47,587 nt of DNA. Origin: Alphaproteobacteria bacterium (GTDB lineage Bacteria; Myxococcota_A; UBA796; UBA2385). Below are positions 1 through 9,089 of the stretch, one piece after another. The translations under genes were made by a program, and so were the position numbers. Position 1 is the first letter of the stretch. Each line of letters opens with the position of its first letter. The stretch spans positions 1 to 47,587 of the forward strand of contig JBEIQK010000001.1 in the NCBI GenBank assembly GCA_040376505.1. The letters are read 5' to 3'. Below the pieces are notes generated by a model. The model had not been told where the DNA came from. It ran no database searches and saw only the letters and a list, made by a program, of their open reading frames with translations.

Positions 1-2
1 CT

Positions 3-623
3 CCCGGCGCCGTCGAGCGCACCGACGGCGTCGACCAGGACTGCGACGGCATCAGCGACAACCACTCCGCCGCCTACGATGACGACGGCGACGGCTTCTC
101 CGAGGAGTCCGGCGACTGCGATGACGCGGACCCCGCCGCCCACCCCGGCGCCGACGACCCGCCGGGGGACGCCATCGACCAGGACTGCGATGGCCACGAC
201 ACCTACGTCGACGCCGATGGAGACGGCCTGCCAGCCGAAGAGGGCGACTGCGACGAGTCCAACGCCGCCATCCACCCGGGGGCCGAGGAGGTGGAGAACG
301 GCCAGGACGACGACTGCGACGGCCTCATCGACGAGGGCACCGCCGCGGCAGACGACGATGAAGACGGCTACAGCGAGAAGGAGGGCGACTGCGACGACGC
401 CGACCCGGCGGTGAACCCCGGCGCCGAGGACCCGCCCGGCGAAGACGCCAACTGCGACGGCATCCGGGGCGAGGCCTCCGACGACAGCGGCCATACCGAC
501 GACAGCGCCGCGACGGTGGGCAGGGGCGGCAAGGGCGGCTGCAGCCACGCCCCCGGGCCCTCCGCCCTCGGGCTCCTCGGGCTGATCGCCGCTGCGCAGG
601 GAATTCGCCGCCGCCGCTTGTAG
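3..623 (+). CDS. 5'-truncated secreted Asp/Cys-rich repeat protein (MopE-like putative metal-binding motif repeats) with MYXO-CTERM-like C-terminal sorting signal
   Basis: Frame 3 is open from the window edge to the stop at 621-623. The translation shows repeated D-x-DCDG ... DGDG ... GDCDD-x-DP-x-x-x-PGA modules. It ends in GGKGGC-SHAPGPSALGLLGLIAAAQGI-RRRRL (Gly-Cys, hydrophobic helix, Arg cluster). Confidence 0.7.
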   Translation, partial: PGAVERTDGVDQDCDGISDNHSAAYDDDGDGFSEESGDCDDADPAAHPGADDPPGDAIDQDCDGHDTYVDADGDGLPAEEGDCDESNAAIHPGAEEVENGQDDDCDGLIDEGTAAADDDEDGYSEKEGDCDDADPAVNPGAEDPPGEDANCDGIRGEASDDSGHTDDSAATVGRGGKGGCSHAPGPSALGLLGLIAAAQGIRRRRL

Positions 624-651
624 CGCGCCTCGCTCGGGGTACCCTACCTCC

Positions 652-2139
652 ATGAACCGCACCCGCTGGCCCCAACTCCACCGAAACGCGCTTCGCGGCG
701 TCAAGGTCGCCCTGGTCTACCCGCCCTACGGCCCCGTGAAGAACGAGCCGGGCATCAAGACGGTCAAGGAGAACTACGGGATCTTCCCCTCCCTGTCGCT
801 GCTCTATGTGGCAGGCATCCTGGAGGCCGCGGGCTGCGAGGTGCTCTACCTCGACGCCCACGCCCACGACTGGACCCTCGACGAGACGGTCGACCGCCTG
901 CGGCGCTTTGGGCCGGACTTCATCGGCTACACCATCACCACCTACCTCTTCTTTCAGTCGATGGACTGGATCAAGGCGATCAAGGCGCGGGTGCCAGCGC
1001 CGACCATCGTGGGCGGTGTGCATCTGTCCATCTACCCGCGCGAGACGCTGGGCTACCCGGCGATTGACTATGCGATCACCGGCGAGGCCGAGCGCTCCCT
1101 CCCCGATCTGGTCGAGGCCTTGGTGCTCAAGCGCAACCTCGCCGATGTGCGTGGGGTGGCCTTCCGCCAACCCGACGGGGCGGTGGTGGTGACGCCCAAG
1201 GCGGTCGACGTCGACGTAGACGATGTGCCCTACCCAGCCCGCCACCTCATCGACAACAGCGTCTACTTCAGCTTCATCAGCCAGCTCCGCAACTTCACCT
1301 GCTTCATCACCAGCCGCGGCTGCCCCTACAAGTGCATCTTCTGTGAGCAGGGCAGCAAGCCCTTCCGCGCCCGCTCGCCCAAGAACGTGGTGGATGAGCT
1401 GGAGCTGTGCGCCAAGGAGCACGGCATCCGCGAGCTCGACTTCTTCGACAGCTCCTTTACGATCCGCAAAGACCGCGTGATCGAGATCTGCGCCGAGATC
1501 AACCGCCGCAAGCTCGACATCGCCTGGGCGGCCCGCACCCGCGTGGACTGCATCTCCGACGATGTGCTGGCGGCGATGAAGCGCGGCGGCTGCAACCGGA
1601 TTTATTACGGCATCGAGAGCGGCAGCCGGGAGATCCTGCAGACCTTGAAGAAGTCGACCAGCATTGAGCAGTACAAAGAGGTAGTCTCGCGCACCAAGGC
1701 CAATGGCATCAACACCTTTGGCTACTTCATGGTGGGCAACCCCTACGAGACGCCGGCCACCATCCGGCAGACGATCCGCCTCGCCCTGGAATTGGACCTC
1801 GACTACGCCCAGTTCAGCAAGGTCACGCCGATGCCGGCCACCGAGATGTACACCCTGCTGCTCAAGGAGACCGGGCGCGACTACTGGCGCGAGCACATCG
1901 AGAAGGGCATTGACGAGGCCATCCCCCGGCCGCTGTGCACCATGACCGACGCCGAGATCCAGCGCTGGACCCGCCTCGCCTACCTGCGCTTCTACTACCG
2001 GCCGCGGTACATGGCCCGGGCGCTCGGTCGACTGAAGAGCACCGAAGAGCTGGCCCGCAGCGTGAAGACGGCCTGGCTGATGCTGGTCACCAGCCCCGCT
2101 TCGGAGGGCGAAGACGCCGGAATGGAGGTCCTGGCGTAA
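652..2139 (+). CDS. B12-binding-domain radical SAM protein (class B radical SAM)
   Basis: 495-aa ORF. The N-terminal part (VALVYPPYG ... DFIGYTITT ... TIVGGVH) looks like a cobalamin-binding domain. It is followed by the CxxxCxxC cluster motif SRGCPYKCIFCEQ and YYGIESGS. GC3 is high in this frame. Confidence 0.85.
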   Translation: MNRTRWPQLHRNALRGVKVALVYPPYGPVKNEPGIKTVKENYGIFPSLSLLYVAGILEAAGCEVLYLDAHAHDWTLDETVDRLRRFGPDFIGYTITTYLFFQSMDWIKAIKARVPAPTIVGGVHLSIYPRETLGYPAIDYAITGEAERSLPDLVEALVLKRNLADVRGVAFRQPDGAVVVTPKAVDVDVDDVPYPARHLIDNSVYFSFISQLRNFTCFITSRGCPYKCIFCEQGSKPFRARSPKNVVDELELCAKEHGIRELDFFDSSFTIRKDRVIEICAEINRRKLDIAWAARTRVDCISDDVLAAMKRGGCNRIYYGIESGSREILQTLKKSTSIEQYKEVVSRTKANGINTFGYFMVGNPYETPATIRQTIRLALELDLDYAQFSKVTPMPATEMYTLLLKETGRDYWREHIEKGIDEAIPRPLCTMTDAEIQRWTRLAYLRFYYRPRYMARALGRLKSTEELARSVKTAWLMLVTSPASEGEDAGMEVLA

Positions 2140-2189
2140 CCGCCTCCGCGCTCCGGCATACGCACCCCTGCCCCCCGCTGGAGCGACCG

Positions 2190-2831
2190 ATGATGATCCG
2201 CACCCTTGCTTTGAGCCTCCTCCTCGCCTGCAATTCCGGCCCCACCGAGGCCGCCGCACCCACCACCGACAAAAGCACGATGGCGACCACGCCGCCGGTC
2301 GGCCCGGGTCAGGCCGCGGCGGTCTTCGCGGGCGGCTGCTTCTGGTGTTTGGAGTCGGACTTTGACAAGCTGCCCGGCGTGATCGCCACCACCTCGGGCT
2401 ACGCCGGCGGGCACCTCAAGAGCCCCACCTACGAGGATGTCGTGCGCGAAGACACCGGCCACCAGGAGGTGGTGCATGTGGTCTACGACACGAGCAAGCT
2501 CAGCTACGAGGCCCTGCTCACCTACTTCTGGCGCCATATCGACCCCACCGACAACGGCGGACAGTTCTGCGATCGGGGCGACAGCTACCGGCCGCTGGTC
2601 TTCACCGCCTCGCCTGAACAGTCCCAGGTGGCCGAGAAGAGCAAGGCGGCGCTGGCGGCGAGCGGGGTGCTGGCGAAGCCGGTGGTGGTGGAGGTGAAGG
2701 CGCTCACCGTCTTCTACCCGGCCGAGGTCTATCACCAGGACTTTCACAGCAAGAACCCCGACCACTACCAGCGGTACCGCAAGGGCTGCGGCCGCGACGC
2801 GCGGGTGCGCGCGGTCTGGGGCGGCGCCTAG
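2190..2831 (+). CDS. msrA: peptide-methionine (S)-S-oxide reductase MsrA, probable lipoprotein
   Basis: Internal ATG at 2190 (MMIRTLALSLLLAC, lipobox LLAC) of ORF 1935..2831. The catalytic GCFWC motif is present, as are YAGG, GHQEVV and YHQDF, which are typical of MsrA. The upstream 85 codons are Arg/Pro-rich junk overlapping the radical SAM gene. Confidence 0.85.
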   Translation: MMIRTLALSLLLACNSGPTEAAAPTTDKSTMATTPPVGPGQAAAVFAGGCFWCLESDFDKLPGVIATTSGYAGGHLKSPTYEDVVREDTGHQEVVHVVYDTSKLSYEALLTYFWRHIDPTDNGGQFCDRGDSYRPLVFTASPEQSQVAEKSKAALAASGVLAKPVVVEVKALTVFYPAEVYHQDFHSKNPDHYQRYRKGCGRDARVRAVWGGA

Positions 2832-2867
2832 GCCCGGTGTGGCGAGGCGGGGCGGCGCTGGCTACGA

Positions 2868-4097
2868 TTGGAGCTCTCGCCGAGGTGCCCGTTGCTCCGT
2901 GCCCCAGTGGTCCCTGCCCTGCTGCTGCTCTCCCTTTCCTGCTCGCAGAAGGCGAGCTTCTACGCCCCGCAGGAGGACACCGCGCTCCAGGACGCCGACG
3001 CGGACGCCGACGCCGACAGCGACACCGATGTGGACGATGGTGATGTCGACGGCGACGGCTTCACCGAGGCCGAGGGCGACTGCGACGACACCGACATCGG
3101 CGTAAACCCCGCCCGCGACGAAGACCCGAGCGACGGCAAAGACAACGACTGCGACGGCCGCATCGACGAGGAGTGGAGCGGCCTCGTGGTGGCCTTGCAG
3201 GTCGACGGCAGCCGCTCTTCCTTGGCCTTGATCGACACGGTCGGCCGCGTGGACGAGGAGATCGTGCTGCCCGCCGACGTGGTGCCCTATGGGGTGGCAG
3301 AAGGGCTGGAGGGGGGCTGGGTGCTCACCGCCACCAGCCTGTTCGTGAACATTTCGGCCGGCACGCCCTCCTTTGAGTTCGATCCGGTGCAGGTCCTCAC
3401 GGTCAGCGAGGCCGGCGAGTCCAGCTCCCTCGTCACCTTCGGCGAAGACCGCTACGACGACATGATGTTCTACTGGTACGGCCCGCTGCTCACCGGCGTA
3501 AAGCCGCACCCCGACGGCTACTACGTCGCCGCCCTGCCCGGCGCCTTGCTGCGCATCGACCCCGACGGTTCCATCACCGAGCTGGCCACCTGGGCCTGGG
3601 ACCTGATGGACGACACCACCTATGAGCTGTATGCCTTCGACATCGCGGTCAATCGACAGACCGGCGAGGTGGGCATCCAGGACCTGCTGGGTGGCTTCGC
3701 CACGTGGACAGAGGCCGGGGGGCTCGTCCAGCACAAGAAGGCCAACCTCGCCGACGGCTGGGAGAACTGGGACGCCAAGATCGCCGTCGGCCTCACCGCC
3801 GTGGAGGGCGAGTCCGGCTGGTACGGCATGGTGGCCGACTATGTGACCGGCGACTACGCCCTGGAGCGCTTCGAGAGCGGCGCCAGCGACTGGACTGCCT
3901 ACATGACCTGGAGCAACAACCTCGTGCGCCCCCTGGCGGTCACCGCGGACAGCGACCACGGCGACTTCTACGTCTCGGCCAAGGGCGGCGACCACTACAC
4001 CCTGTGGCGCCTGCGCGAAGAGGGCGGCCTCGTCGACGACTTCTTCGATGAGGTCGAAGATGGCGTCAACTTCTGGGGGCTGACGAGCCGCTACTGA
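2868..4097 (+). CDS. hypothetical lipoprotein with one Asp/Cys-rich metal-binding-motif module and a ~300-aa C-terminal domain
   Basis: TTG start at 2868 (alternative TTG 2892 or GTG 2907). Signal peptide with lipobox LSLSC. DADADADADSD acidic tract, then GDCDDTDIGVNP ... DNDCDGRIDE, then an aromatic-rich domain of unknown function. Confidence 0.6.
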   Translation: MELSPRCPLLRAPVVPALLLLSLSCSQKASFYAPQEDTALQDADADADADSDTDVDDGDVDGDGFTEAEGDCDDTDIGVNPARDEDPSDGKDNDCDGRIDEEWSGLVVALQVDGSRSSLALIDTVGRVDEEIVLPADVVPYGVAEGLEGGWVLTATSLFVNISAGTPSFEFDPVQVLTVSEAGESSSLVTFGEDRYDDMMFYWYGPLLTGVKPHPDGYYVAALPGALLRIDPDGSITELATWAWDLMDDTTYELYAFDIAVNRQTGEVGIQDLLGGFATWTEAGGLVQHKKANLADGWENWDAKIAVGLTAVEGESGWYGMVADYVTGDYALERFESGASDWTAYMTWSNNLVRPLAVTADSDHGDFYVSAKGGDHYTLWRLREEGGLVDDFFDEVEDGVNFWGLTSRY

Positions 4098-4106
4098 GGG
4101 CCGGGG

Positions 4107-5336
4107 GTGCTCACCCTGCTGATCGGCGGGATGGTGCTGTGGGGGCTCCTCATCCTGGTGGCGCCGATGCCCCAGCGGGGCGGGCCGTGGGCGGTGCTGG
4201 GGGCGGCGATGGCCGTGCGGCTGCTCTGTCTTTGCCTGCCGCCGCTGCTCTCCGATGACCTCTTTCGCTACCTCTGGGAGGGGCGGGTGATCGGCATGGG
4301 GGGAAATCCCTTTGTTCACGCCCCCGACGACGCGCTCTGGAGCCAGCTCGCCGACCCCTTTCGCGCCCGGGTCAACCACGGCGAATTGCCCACGATCTAC
4401 CCGCCCGGCGCGCTCGGCCTCTTCGCGCTGATCGCCCAGGTCGCCTACAGCCCCCTCGCCATCAAGGCGGTGATGGGCCTCTTCGACGCCGGCATCGCCT
4501 GGGCCCTGGCCGACACGCTGCAACGGCGCGGCCAGCGCCTCGATGGCGCCTGGGTCTACGCCCTGCACCCCCTGGGGGCGATGGAGGCTGCGGGCTCGGG
4601 GCACCTCGAAGCGGCGGCCGTCTTTGCGCTGGTGATGGCCCTGCGCGGCCGCTCGATGGCCTGGGCGACCTGGGGCGCCTTGGTCAAGCTGCTCCCCGGC
4701 GTGATGCTGCTGGCCCTGGGCCGGCGGCGGCCGGGGGCCCTGGCGGTGGCGGCGCTGGTGGGGGCGGCCTCGATCCTGCCCTTCGCCGACGCCGGGGCCG
4801 GGCTGCTCACCTCGCCCAAGGCCTACGCCAGCCGTTGGGCGTTTAATGGTGGACTGTTTTCATTGATCGAGGCCGCCACCGGCGGAGCCGCCCGCGGCCT
4901 CGCTGCTGCGATGGGGGCCCTGGCGGTGGGCTTCGCGCTCTGGCGCCACGCCCATTCGCCGGAGCGGGTGGCCCTTTGGGCGGGGGGTGCCTTTGTGTTG
5001 CTCAGCCCCACCGTTCACCCCTGGTACATCGCCTGGGCCTGGGTGCCGGCCCTGCTCTGCGGGCAGCGCGCCTGGACCCTCCTCGCCACGCTGGCGCCGC
5101 TGTCCTACGCGGCCCTGCTCTCCTATGATCCGACACACAGCACCTGGACGGAGCCGACATGGCCGCGATGGGTCCTCTACCCGCCCTTCTTTCTGGCCCT
5201 CCTGGGAGAGTGGCTGTGGCGACAGACCCAGCCGGGGCCCTGGCGCCCTTTCACGCGGCGCTCCTGGCCGTCGATGGGCCCGTCGGCGTCGCCATCCCCG
5301 ACCCCACCCGCCCCCTCGATCCAGTCCCCGCCCTAA
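4107..5336 (+). CDS. polytopic membrane protein, GT-C/DUF2029-like glycosyltransferase candidate
   Basis: 409-aa ORF with many hydrophobic helices. It has an SDDLFRYLWEGR motif after the second helix, as in DUF2029/GT87-type mannosyltransferase-like proteins. The last ~35 codons (Pro/Ser-rich) overlap the next gene and may not be functional sequence. Confidence 0.55.
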   Translation: MLTLLIGGMVLWGLLILVAPMPQRGGPWAVLGAAMAVRLLCLCLPPLLSDDLFRYLWEGRVIGMGGNPFVHAPDDALWSQLADPFRARVNHGELPTIYPPGALGLFALIAQVAYSPLAIKAVMGLFDAGIAWALADTLQRRGQRLDGAWVYALHPLGAMEAAGSGHLEAAAVFALVMALRGRSMAWATWGALVKLLPGVMLLALGRRRPGALAVAALVGAASILPFADAGAGLLTSPKAYASRWAFNGGLFSLIEAATGGAARGLAAAMGALAVGFALWRHAHSPERVALWAGGAFVLLSPTVHPWYIAWAWVPALLCGQRAWTLLATLAPLSYAALLSYDPTHSTWTEPTWPRWVLYPPFFLALLGEWLWRQTQPGPWRPFTRRSWPSMGPSASPSPTPPAPSIQSPP

Positions 5337-6283
5337 AGGCCCTAAGCGCGCTGTTGGGGGATCGGATGCGGGTCTTTGTGGGGCTGGGCCTGCACCGGCG
5401 ACTGACCGCGGCCGAGCGGGCGCCGCTCCGCGGCTTTGACATCGTCGAGCATGACCCCGATGATGTCGTGCCCACCGCGCAGATCGACGGCATCCCGGGT
5501 TCCCTCTTTCGCCCCGCAGCGGCCTGCCGGGCCCTGGTGACGGTGGGCATCTGTGAGCTGCACCAGTACGCCGGCCTCTCGGGCGGCCACAAGGGGGTGG
5601 CGGTGGGCCTGGGCGGGCGGGAGACCCTGGCGGCCCTGCACCACCGGGATCGGGTGCTGGATCCCGGCGTGCGGCTGGGGGCGGTGAGGGGCAACCCCTT
5701 TCGCGCCGCCATCGATGCGCTCGGCGAGGCGGCGGGCTGCGGCCTCGCCCTGAACCTCGTCGCTGGAACCCGCACCTGGCTCGGCGGGCCGCCGCGGGCG
5801 GTGGTGGCAGAAGCAGCCGAGCGCCTCGATCCCTGGCTCCCGGTCGATGTTCTCGCCGAGGGGGCCGTGCTGTGGGTGCCGGCGGCCAAGGGCCAGAGCC
5901 TCTACCAGGCCAGCCGGGCGGCCACCTACCTGGGGCTCTCGCCGGCGCCGCCGCTTCGGCCCGGCGCCACGCTCTACCTCGACGCCCCCTGCCCAGAGGG
6001 GCTCGGGGCCGAGGCCGGCTTTGTCGCGGCCCTGCAGGCCCACGCGCCGCCCTGGTCGGGCCTGCTGGTGGGCCCGCCTCCCACCGGCGCCGGCGCACAG
6101 CGGGCGGTGATCCTGGCGGTGCTGGCCCAGCGATTTCGACTGGCCCTGGTGGGGGTAGACGATCCGGCGCCCTTTGAGGCGGTGGGCATCCCGGCGCGAA
6201 GGGGCCCGGCGCCCGTGGGCCTCCTGGAGGTCAGCCAGCCTTTTCTGCGCCTGCCTCAAGCGCGACCGCGGGCTGATCGCTGA
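5159..6283 (+). CDS. LarA-like (DUF2088, lactate-racemase N-terminal domain family) protein
   Basis: VGVAIPDPTRPLDP ... VFVGLGLHRRLTAAE ... ELHQYAGLSGGHKGV resemble the LarA signatures (D-x-TRP, G-x-H-R, GGxK). The start is uncertain: ATG 5159 overlaps the upstream ORF by 178 nt, and GTG candidates exist near 5210-5216. Confidence 0.55.
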   Translation: MAAMGPLPALLSGPPGRVAVATDPAGALAPFHAALLAVDGPVGVAIPDPTRPLDPVPALKALSALLGDRMRVFVGLGLHRRLTAAERAPLRGFDIVEHDPDDVVPTAQIDGIPGSLFRPAAACRALVTVGICELHQYAGLSGGHKGVAVGLGGRETLAALHHRDRVLDPGVRLGAVRGNPFRAAIDALGEAAGCGLALNLVAGTRTWLGGPPRAVVAEAAERLDPWLPVDVLAEGAVLWVPAAKGQSLYQASRAATYLGLSPAPPLRPGATLYLDAPCPEGLGAEAGFVAALQAHAPPWSGLLVGPPPTGAGAQRAVILAVLAQRFRLALVGVDDPAPFEAVGIPARRGPAPVGLLEVSQPFLRLPQARPRADR

Positions 6284-6716
6284 GGAGGGCGCAGGCGGCG
6301 CACTGACCGGAGACCAGGATCTGGTGGGCCTCCACCACAAAGCCGGTCGGCAGCGTGACGTGGGCGGTGCCGAGCGGCATGGACAGACAGAAGACCGCGC
6401 CGCACCGCCCGCAGTAGGCGTGGGGATGGCCCGCCGCCTGCCCCCAGCGGCTGAGGAGGAGCACCGCCTCGCCGGCGGGGCCGTAGACCGTGTGGAGCAG
6501 CCCGTGTTGGGAGAGGGTGTCGAGGTTGCGGCGCAGGGTCAGCTCGCCGAGGCGTCCCAGGGCCGGGGGCAGCGAGGCCAGGCTCAGGCCGCGCGGCGAG
6601 GCGCCCAGCGCCTTTAAGATCGCGAGCCGCGCCGCCGTACAGCGCACCCCTGCCCGCCGCAGGGCCACGGTCGGCTCCAGCACGCCCGCGCCGGCCAATC
6701 GGCGCTCAGCGACCAA
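6231..6716 (-). CDS. Fur-family transcriptional regulator
   Basis: 161 aa. N-terminal winged-helix-like segment (RCTAARLAILKAL ... TLRRNLDTLSQHGLL). C-terminal metal sites HPHAYCGRCGAVFC and SGQCAAC. Overlaps the kinase stop by 11 nt on the same strand. Confidence 0.7.
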   Translation of the reverse strand: MVAERRLAGAGVLEPTVALRRAGVRCTAARLAILKALGASPRGLSLASLPPALGRLGELTLRRNLDTLSQHGLLHTVYGPAGEAVLLLSRWGQAAGHPHAYCGRCGAVFCLSMPLGTAHVTLPTGFVVEAHQILVSGQCAACALLSDQPAVALEAGAEKAG

Positions 6717-9063
6717 AGCTCTTGGCCAGCGACTTGCGAACCGCGTCGGCCGGCTGGCCGGCCTTGAAGCCGCTGACGATGGCGTCGGACATCGCGGCGG
6801 GGCGCACGTTGTAGACGTCGGGCGGCGGCTGGATGTTGATCAGGGCCGAGAAGACAGACCGGGTGATGCCGTTCACATACTTGGAGTCCACGCCGCGGCG
6901 CTGGGCGTCGCGCTCCACCGCGCCGAGGATGTTCTCCAGCTCGCTGTCGGACGAGGCGGCGAGCGTAGCAGCCAGGGCCGAGCGCTCTTGGGCGACCTTG
7001 ATGGCCGCTCCTTCATCGACCGGCGCTGGCTTGTCGGAGACGGGCTCCTTGGAGACGGGCGGCGCTTCTGTCGCCTTGGCGACCAGGGTCGGCGACGACG
7101 AAACGGACCTGCCCTCCAGGATGGTGACTGCGGTGGTGCGGTTGAGGAAGCCCTCTTTGGAGAAGACCAGCTCATGCTCGCCGACGGGGAGCTGGACGTT
7201 GAAGGGGACCTCTTGGAAGTTCGAGCCATCGATCACGACGGTGGCGCCGGTGGGAAAGCCCACCGACAGCGTGCCATACTTGACCGCTGCCGGCGCGACG
7301 GGCGTGACCTCGGTTTGCGAGGAAGCTGGCGGGGTGCGACCCGCCGGCGTCGTAGACGTGCCGCGAACTTCACGCGCCTTGTTGTCTCGCGCCGGAGGCT
7401 GCTTCACCGGCTGCGGCTTGTCGGGCTCCGGCTGCGGCTCCGGCTCCTCCTCGGGCTTTTCGGCCGGCTCCACCACGGCTACCGCCGGCTCGGCGGCGAG
7501 CGCCGCCGCCTGGTTGACGATCTCGGCCGCCTCGGCGTCGCTGGCGTTGACGTCGAGGAGCTCGTAGGCGAGGTTGGTCGCCGTCTGAGGGTCGCCGTTG
7601 GCCAGGGCCTTGCGGGCGGTGGCCAACTGGTCGGCGCGATTGAGCATGCGCTCGAGCTGGCTGATGCGGATGTCGATGTGGGCGTCGGCGCTGCCCGCCG
7701 CCTTCGCCTTGTTGAGGTACTCACGCGCCTCGGCGCGCCGCTCGGCGGTGGCGGCGGCCTCGGCGGCCTCGACATAGGCGCGCGCGTTGGCGTTGGCGTC
7801 GCTGGCGCTCACCGCCACCACCGCCGGGTCCTCTTCGCCCTCCCCGCCGCCGGCCAGCATCAGCACGCCGCCCAGGGCCAGCAAGGCCCCCGTCATCGCC
7901 CAGATCACCGCCGTGCGCCGCTGCTGGGGCAGGGGCATGGTCGTGGTGGAGGTGACCCCCTGGCTCCCCGCGGTGAGCGAGGTGTTGGTGTGCGAGGTGC
8001 CGGTGTGGCTGGTGGAGGTGTTCTCCACGCCAGCGTTGATGCCGGTGTTGCCGCTCTGCCCGAGCGAGTGCACGCCGGTCGTGGACTGGCTGGTGCGGGT
8101 GACGTCGGAGTTGCCGGCCCGGTAGTTGGCCATCTCCTCTTCGGAGAAGAGCGCGCGCAGAAAGCCGCTCAGCTCGCGCTCGCCGGTGCGCCAGGCGGGC
8201 GCGCTGCCGCAGAAGGCATCGAGGGCCTCGGCCATCTCGCCGGCGGTCTGAAAGCGGTCGGCGGGGCTTGGCTCCATCGCCTTGAGGATGATGTTCTCCA
8301 GCACGGGTGGGATGTCGGGCACCAGCTCCGAGGGCTTGCGCACCCGCCCGACGAGGCGATCCCGCCAGACCTGGGCGGCGTCTTCACCCTGAAAGGGCTG
8401 AACCCCCGTACAGCACCAGTACAGACAGACGCCCGCCTGGTAGATGTCGACCCGGTGGTCAACCGTGTCGGTGAGCTGCTCGGGCGCCATGTAGTGGAGC
8501 TTGCCCTTGATCATCCCGACTTCGGTGACGTTCTTCTTCATCTCCCACTTGGCGATGCCAAAGTCGATGAGCTTGGCCACGCCGGTGGGGGCGATGAGGA
8601 TGTTGCCCAGGCTCACGTCGCGGTGGATGACGTTGAGCGGCTTGCCCGCGTCGTCGGTGAGGCCGTGGGCGAAGTCCAGCGCCCGAGAGACGCTGGCCAT
8701 GATGCCGGCGAAGTGGCCGTAGGGGCGCTCTTCGGGGTTGCCGAGCTTCTTCACCACCTTGGCGAGGTTGGGCCCCGGCACGTACTCCATCACGAAGAAG
8801 GGCGCGTTGTCCTGCTCGCCGATCTCGAAGACCTGCGAGATGTTGGGGTGGTGGAGCAGCGCGCCGAGCCGGGCCTCGTCCAGGAACATCTGGATGTAGG
8901 CCTCGTCGGAGAGGTGCCGCGTGTGCAGCATCTTGACCAGGGCCAGCTTTTGGAAGCCGCCGATGCCGTCTAAGCGGCACAGGTAGGTGACCGCCATGCC
9001 ACCCGCGCCGACCCGGCGGTCGACGATGTAGCGCCCGATGCGGGTGTTCTGCTGCATTGACAA
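6706..9063 (-). CDS. Ser/Thr protein kinase with TM segment, Ala-rich TPR-like region and C-terminal PEGA domain
   Basis: Hanks kinase motifs are present: GAGGMAVTY, LVKM, HRDVSLGNILI, DFGIAKW, YMAPEQ. Hydrophobic segment AVIWAMTGALLALGGVLMLAG. The PEGA-like block reads TLSVGFPTGATVVIDGS ... LPVGEHELVFSKEGF. Confidence 0.9.
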   Translation of the reverse strand: MSMQQNTRIGRYIVDRRVGAGGMAVTYLCRLDGIGGFQKLALVKMLHTRHLSDEAYIQMFLDEARLGALLHHPNISQVFEIGEQDNAPFFVMEYVPGPNLAKVVKKLGNPEERPYGHFAGIMASVSRALDFAHGLTDDAGKPLNVIHRDVSLGNILIAPTGVAKLIDFGIAKWEMKKNVTEVGMIKGKLHYMAPEQLTDTVDHRVDIYQAGVCLYWCCTGVQPFQGEDAAQVWRDRLVGRVRKPSELVPDIPPVLENIILKAMEPSPADRFQTAGEMAEALDAFCGSAPAWRTGERELSGFLRALFSEEEMANYRAGNSDVTRTSQSTTGVHSLGQSGNTGINAGVENTSTSHTGTSHTNTSLTAGSQGVTSTTTMPLPQQRRTAVIWAMTGALLALGGVLMLAGGGEGEEDPAVVAVSASDANANARAYVEAAEAAATAERRAEAREYLNKAKAAGSADAHIDIRISQLERMLNRADQLATARKALANGDPQTATNLAYELLDVNASDAEAAEIVNQAAALAAEPAVAVVEPAEKPEEEPEPQPEPDKPQPVKQPPARDNKAREVRGTSTTPAGRTPPASSQTEVTPVAPAAVKYGTLSVGFPTGATVVIDGSNFQEVPFNVQLPVGEHELVFSKEGFLNRTTAVTILEGRSVSSSPTLVAKATEAPPVSKEPVSDKPAPVDEGAAIKVAQERSALAATLAASSDSELENILGAVERDAQRRGVDSKYVNGITRSVFSALINIQPPPDVYNVRPAAMSDAIVSGFKAGQPADAVRKSLAKSFGR

Positions 9064-9089
9064 CGGTCCCTCCAGCCAGCCTCAGCGCG

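Noticed and set aside
325-2259. 644-aa minus-strand ORF
   Set aside because: It is antisense to the radical SAM gene. The translation is Arg/Gly/Pro/Ala-rich low-complexity sequence with no motifs, so it is a typical high-GC shadow ORF.
2862-6098. Long minus-strand ORFs 2862..4604, 4860..6098 and 5342..6340
   Set aside because: They are antisense shadows of the lipoprotein, GT-C-like and LarA-like genes. Composition is dominated by R, G, P and A, and the plus-strand products carry recognisable motifs.
6490-8973. 827-aa plus-strand ORF
   Set aside because: It is antisense to the Ser/Thr kinase, which has complete Hanks motifs on the minus strand.
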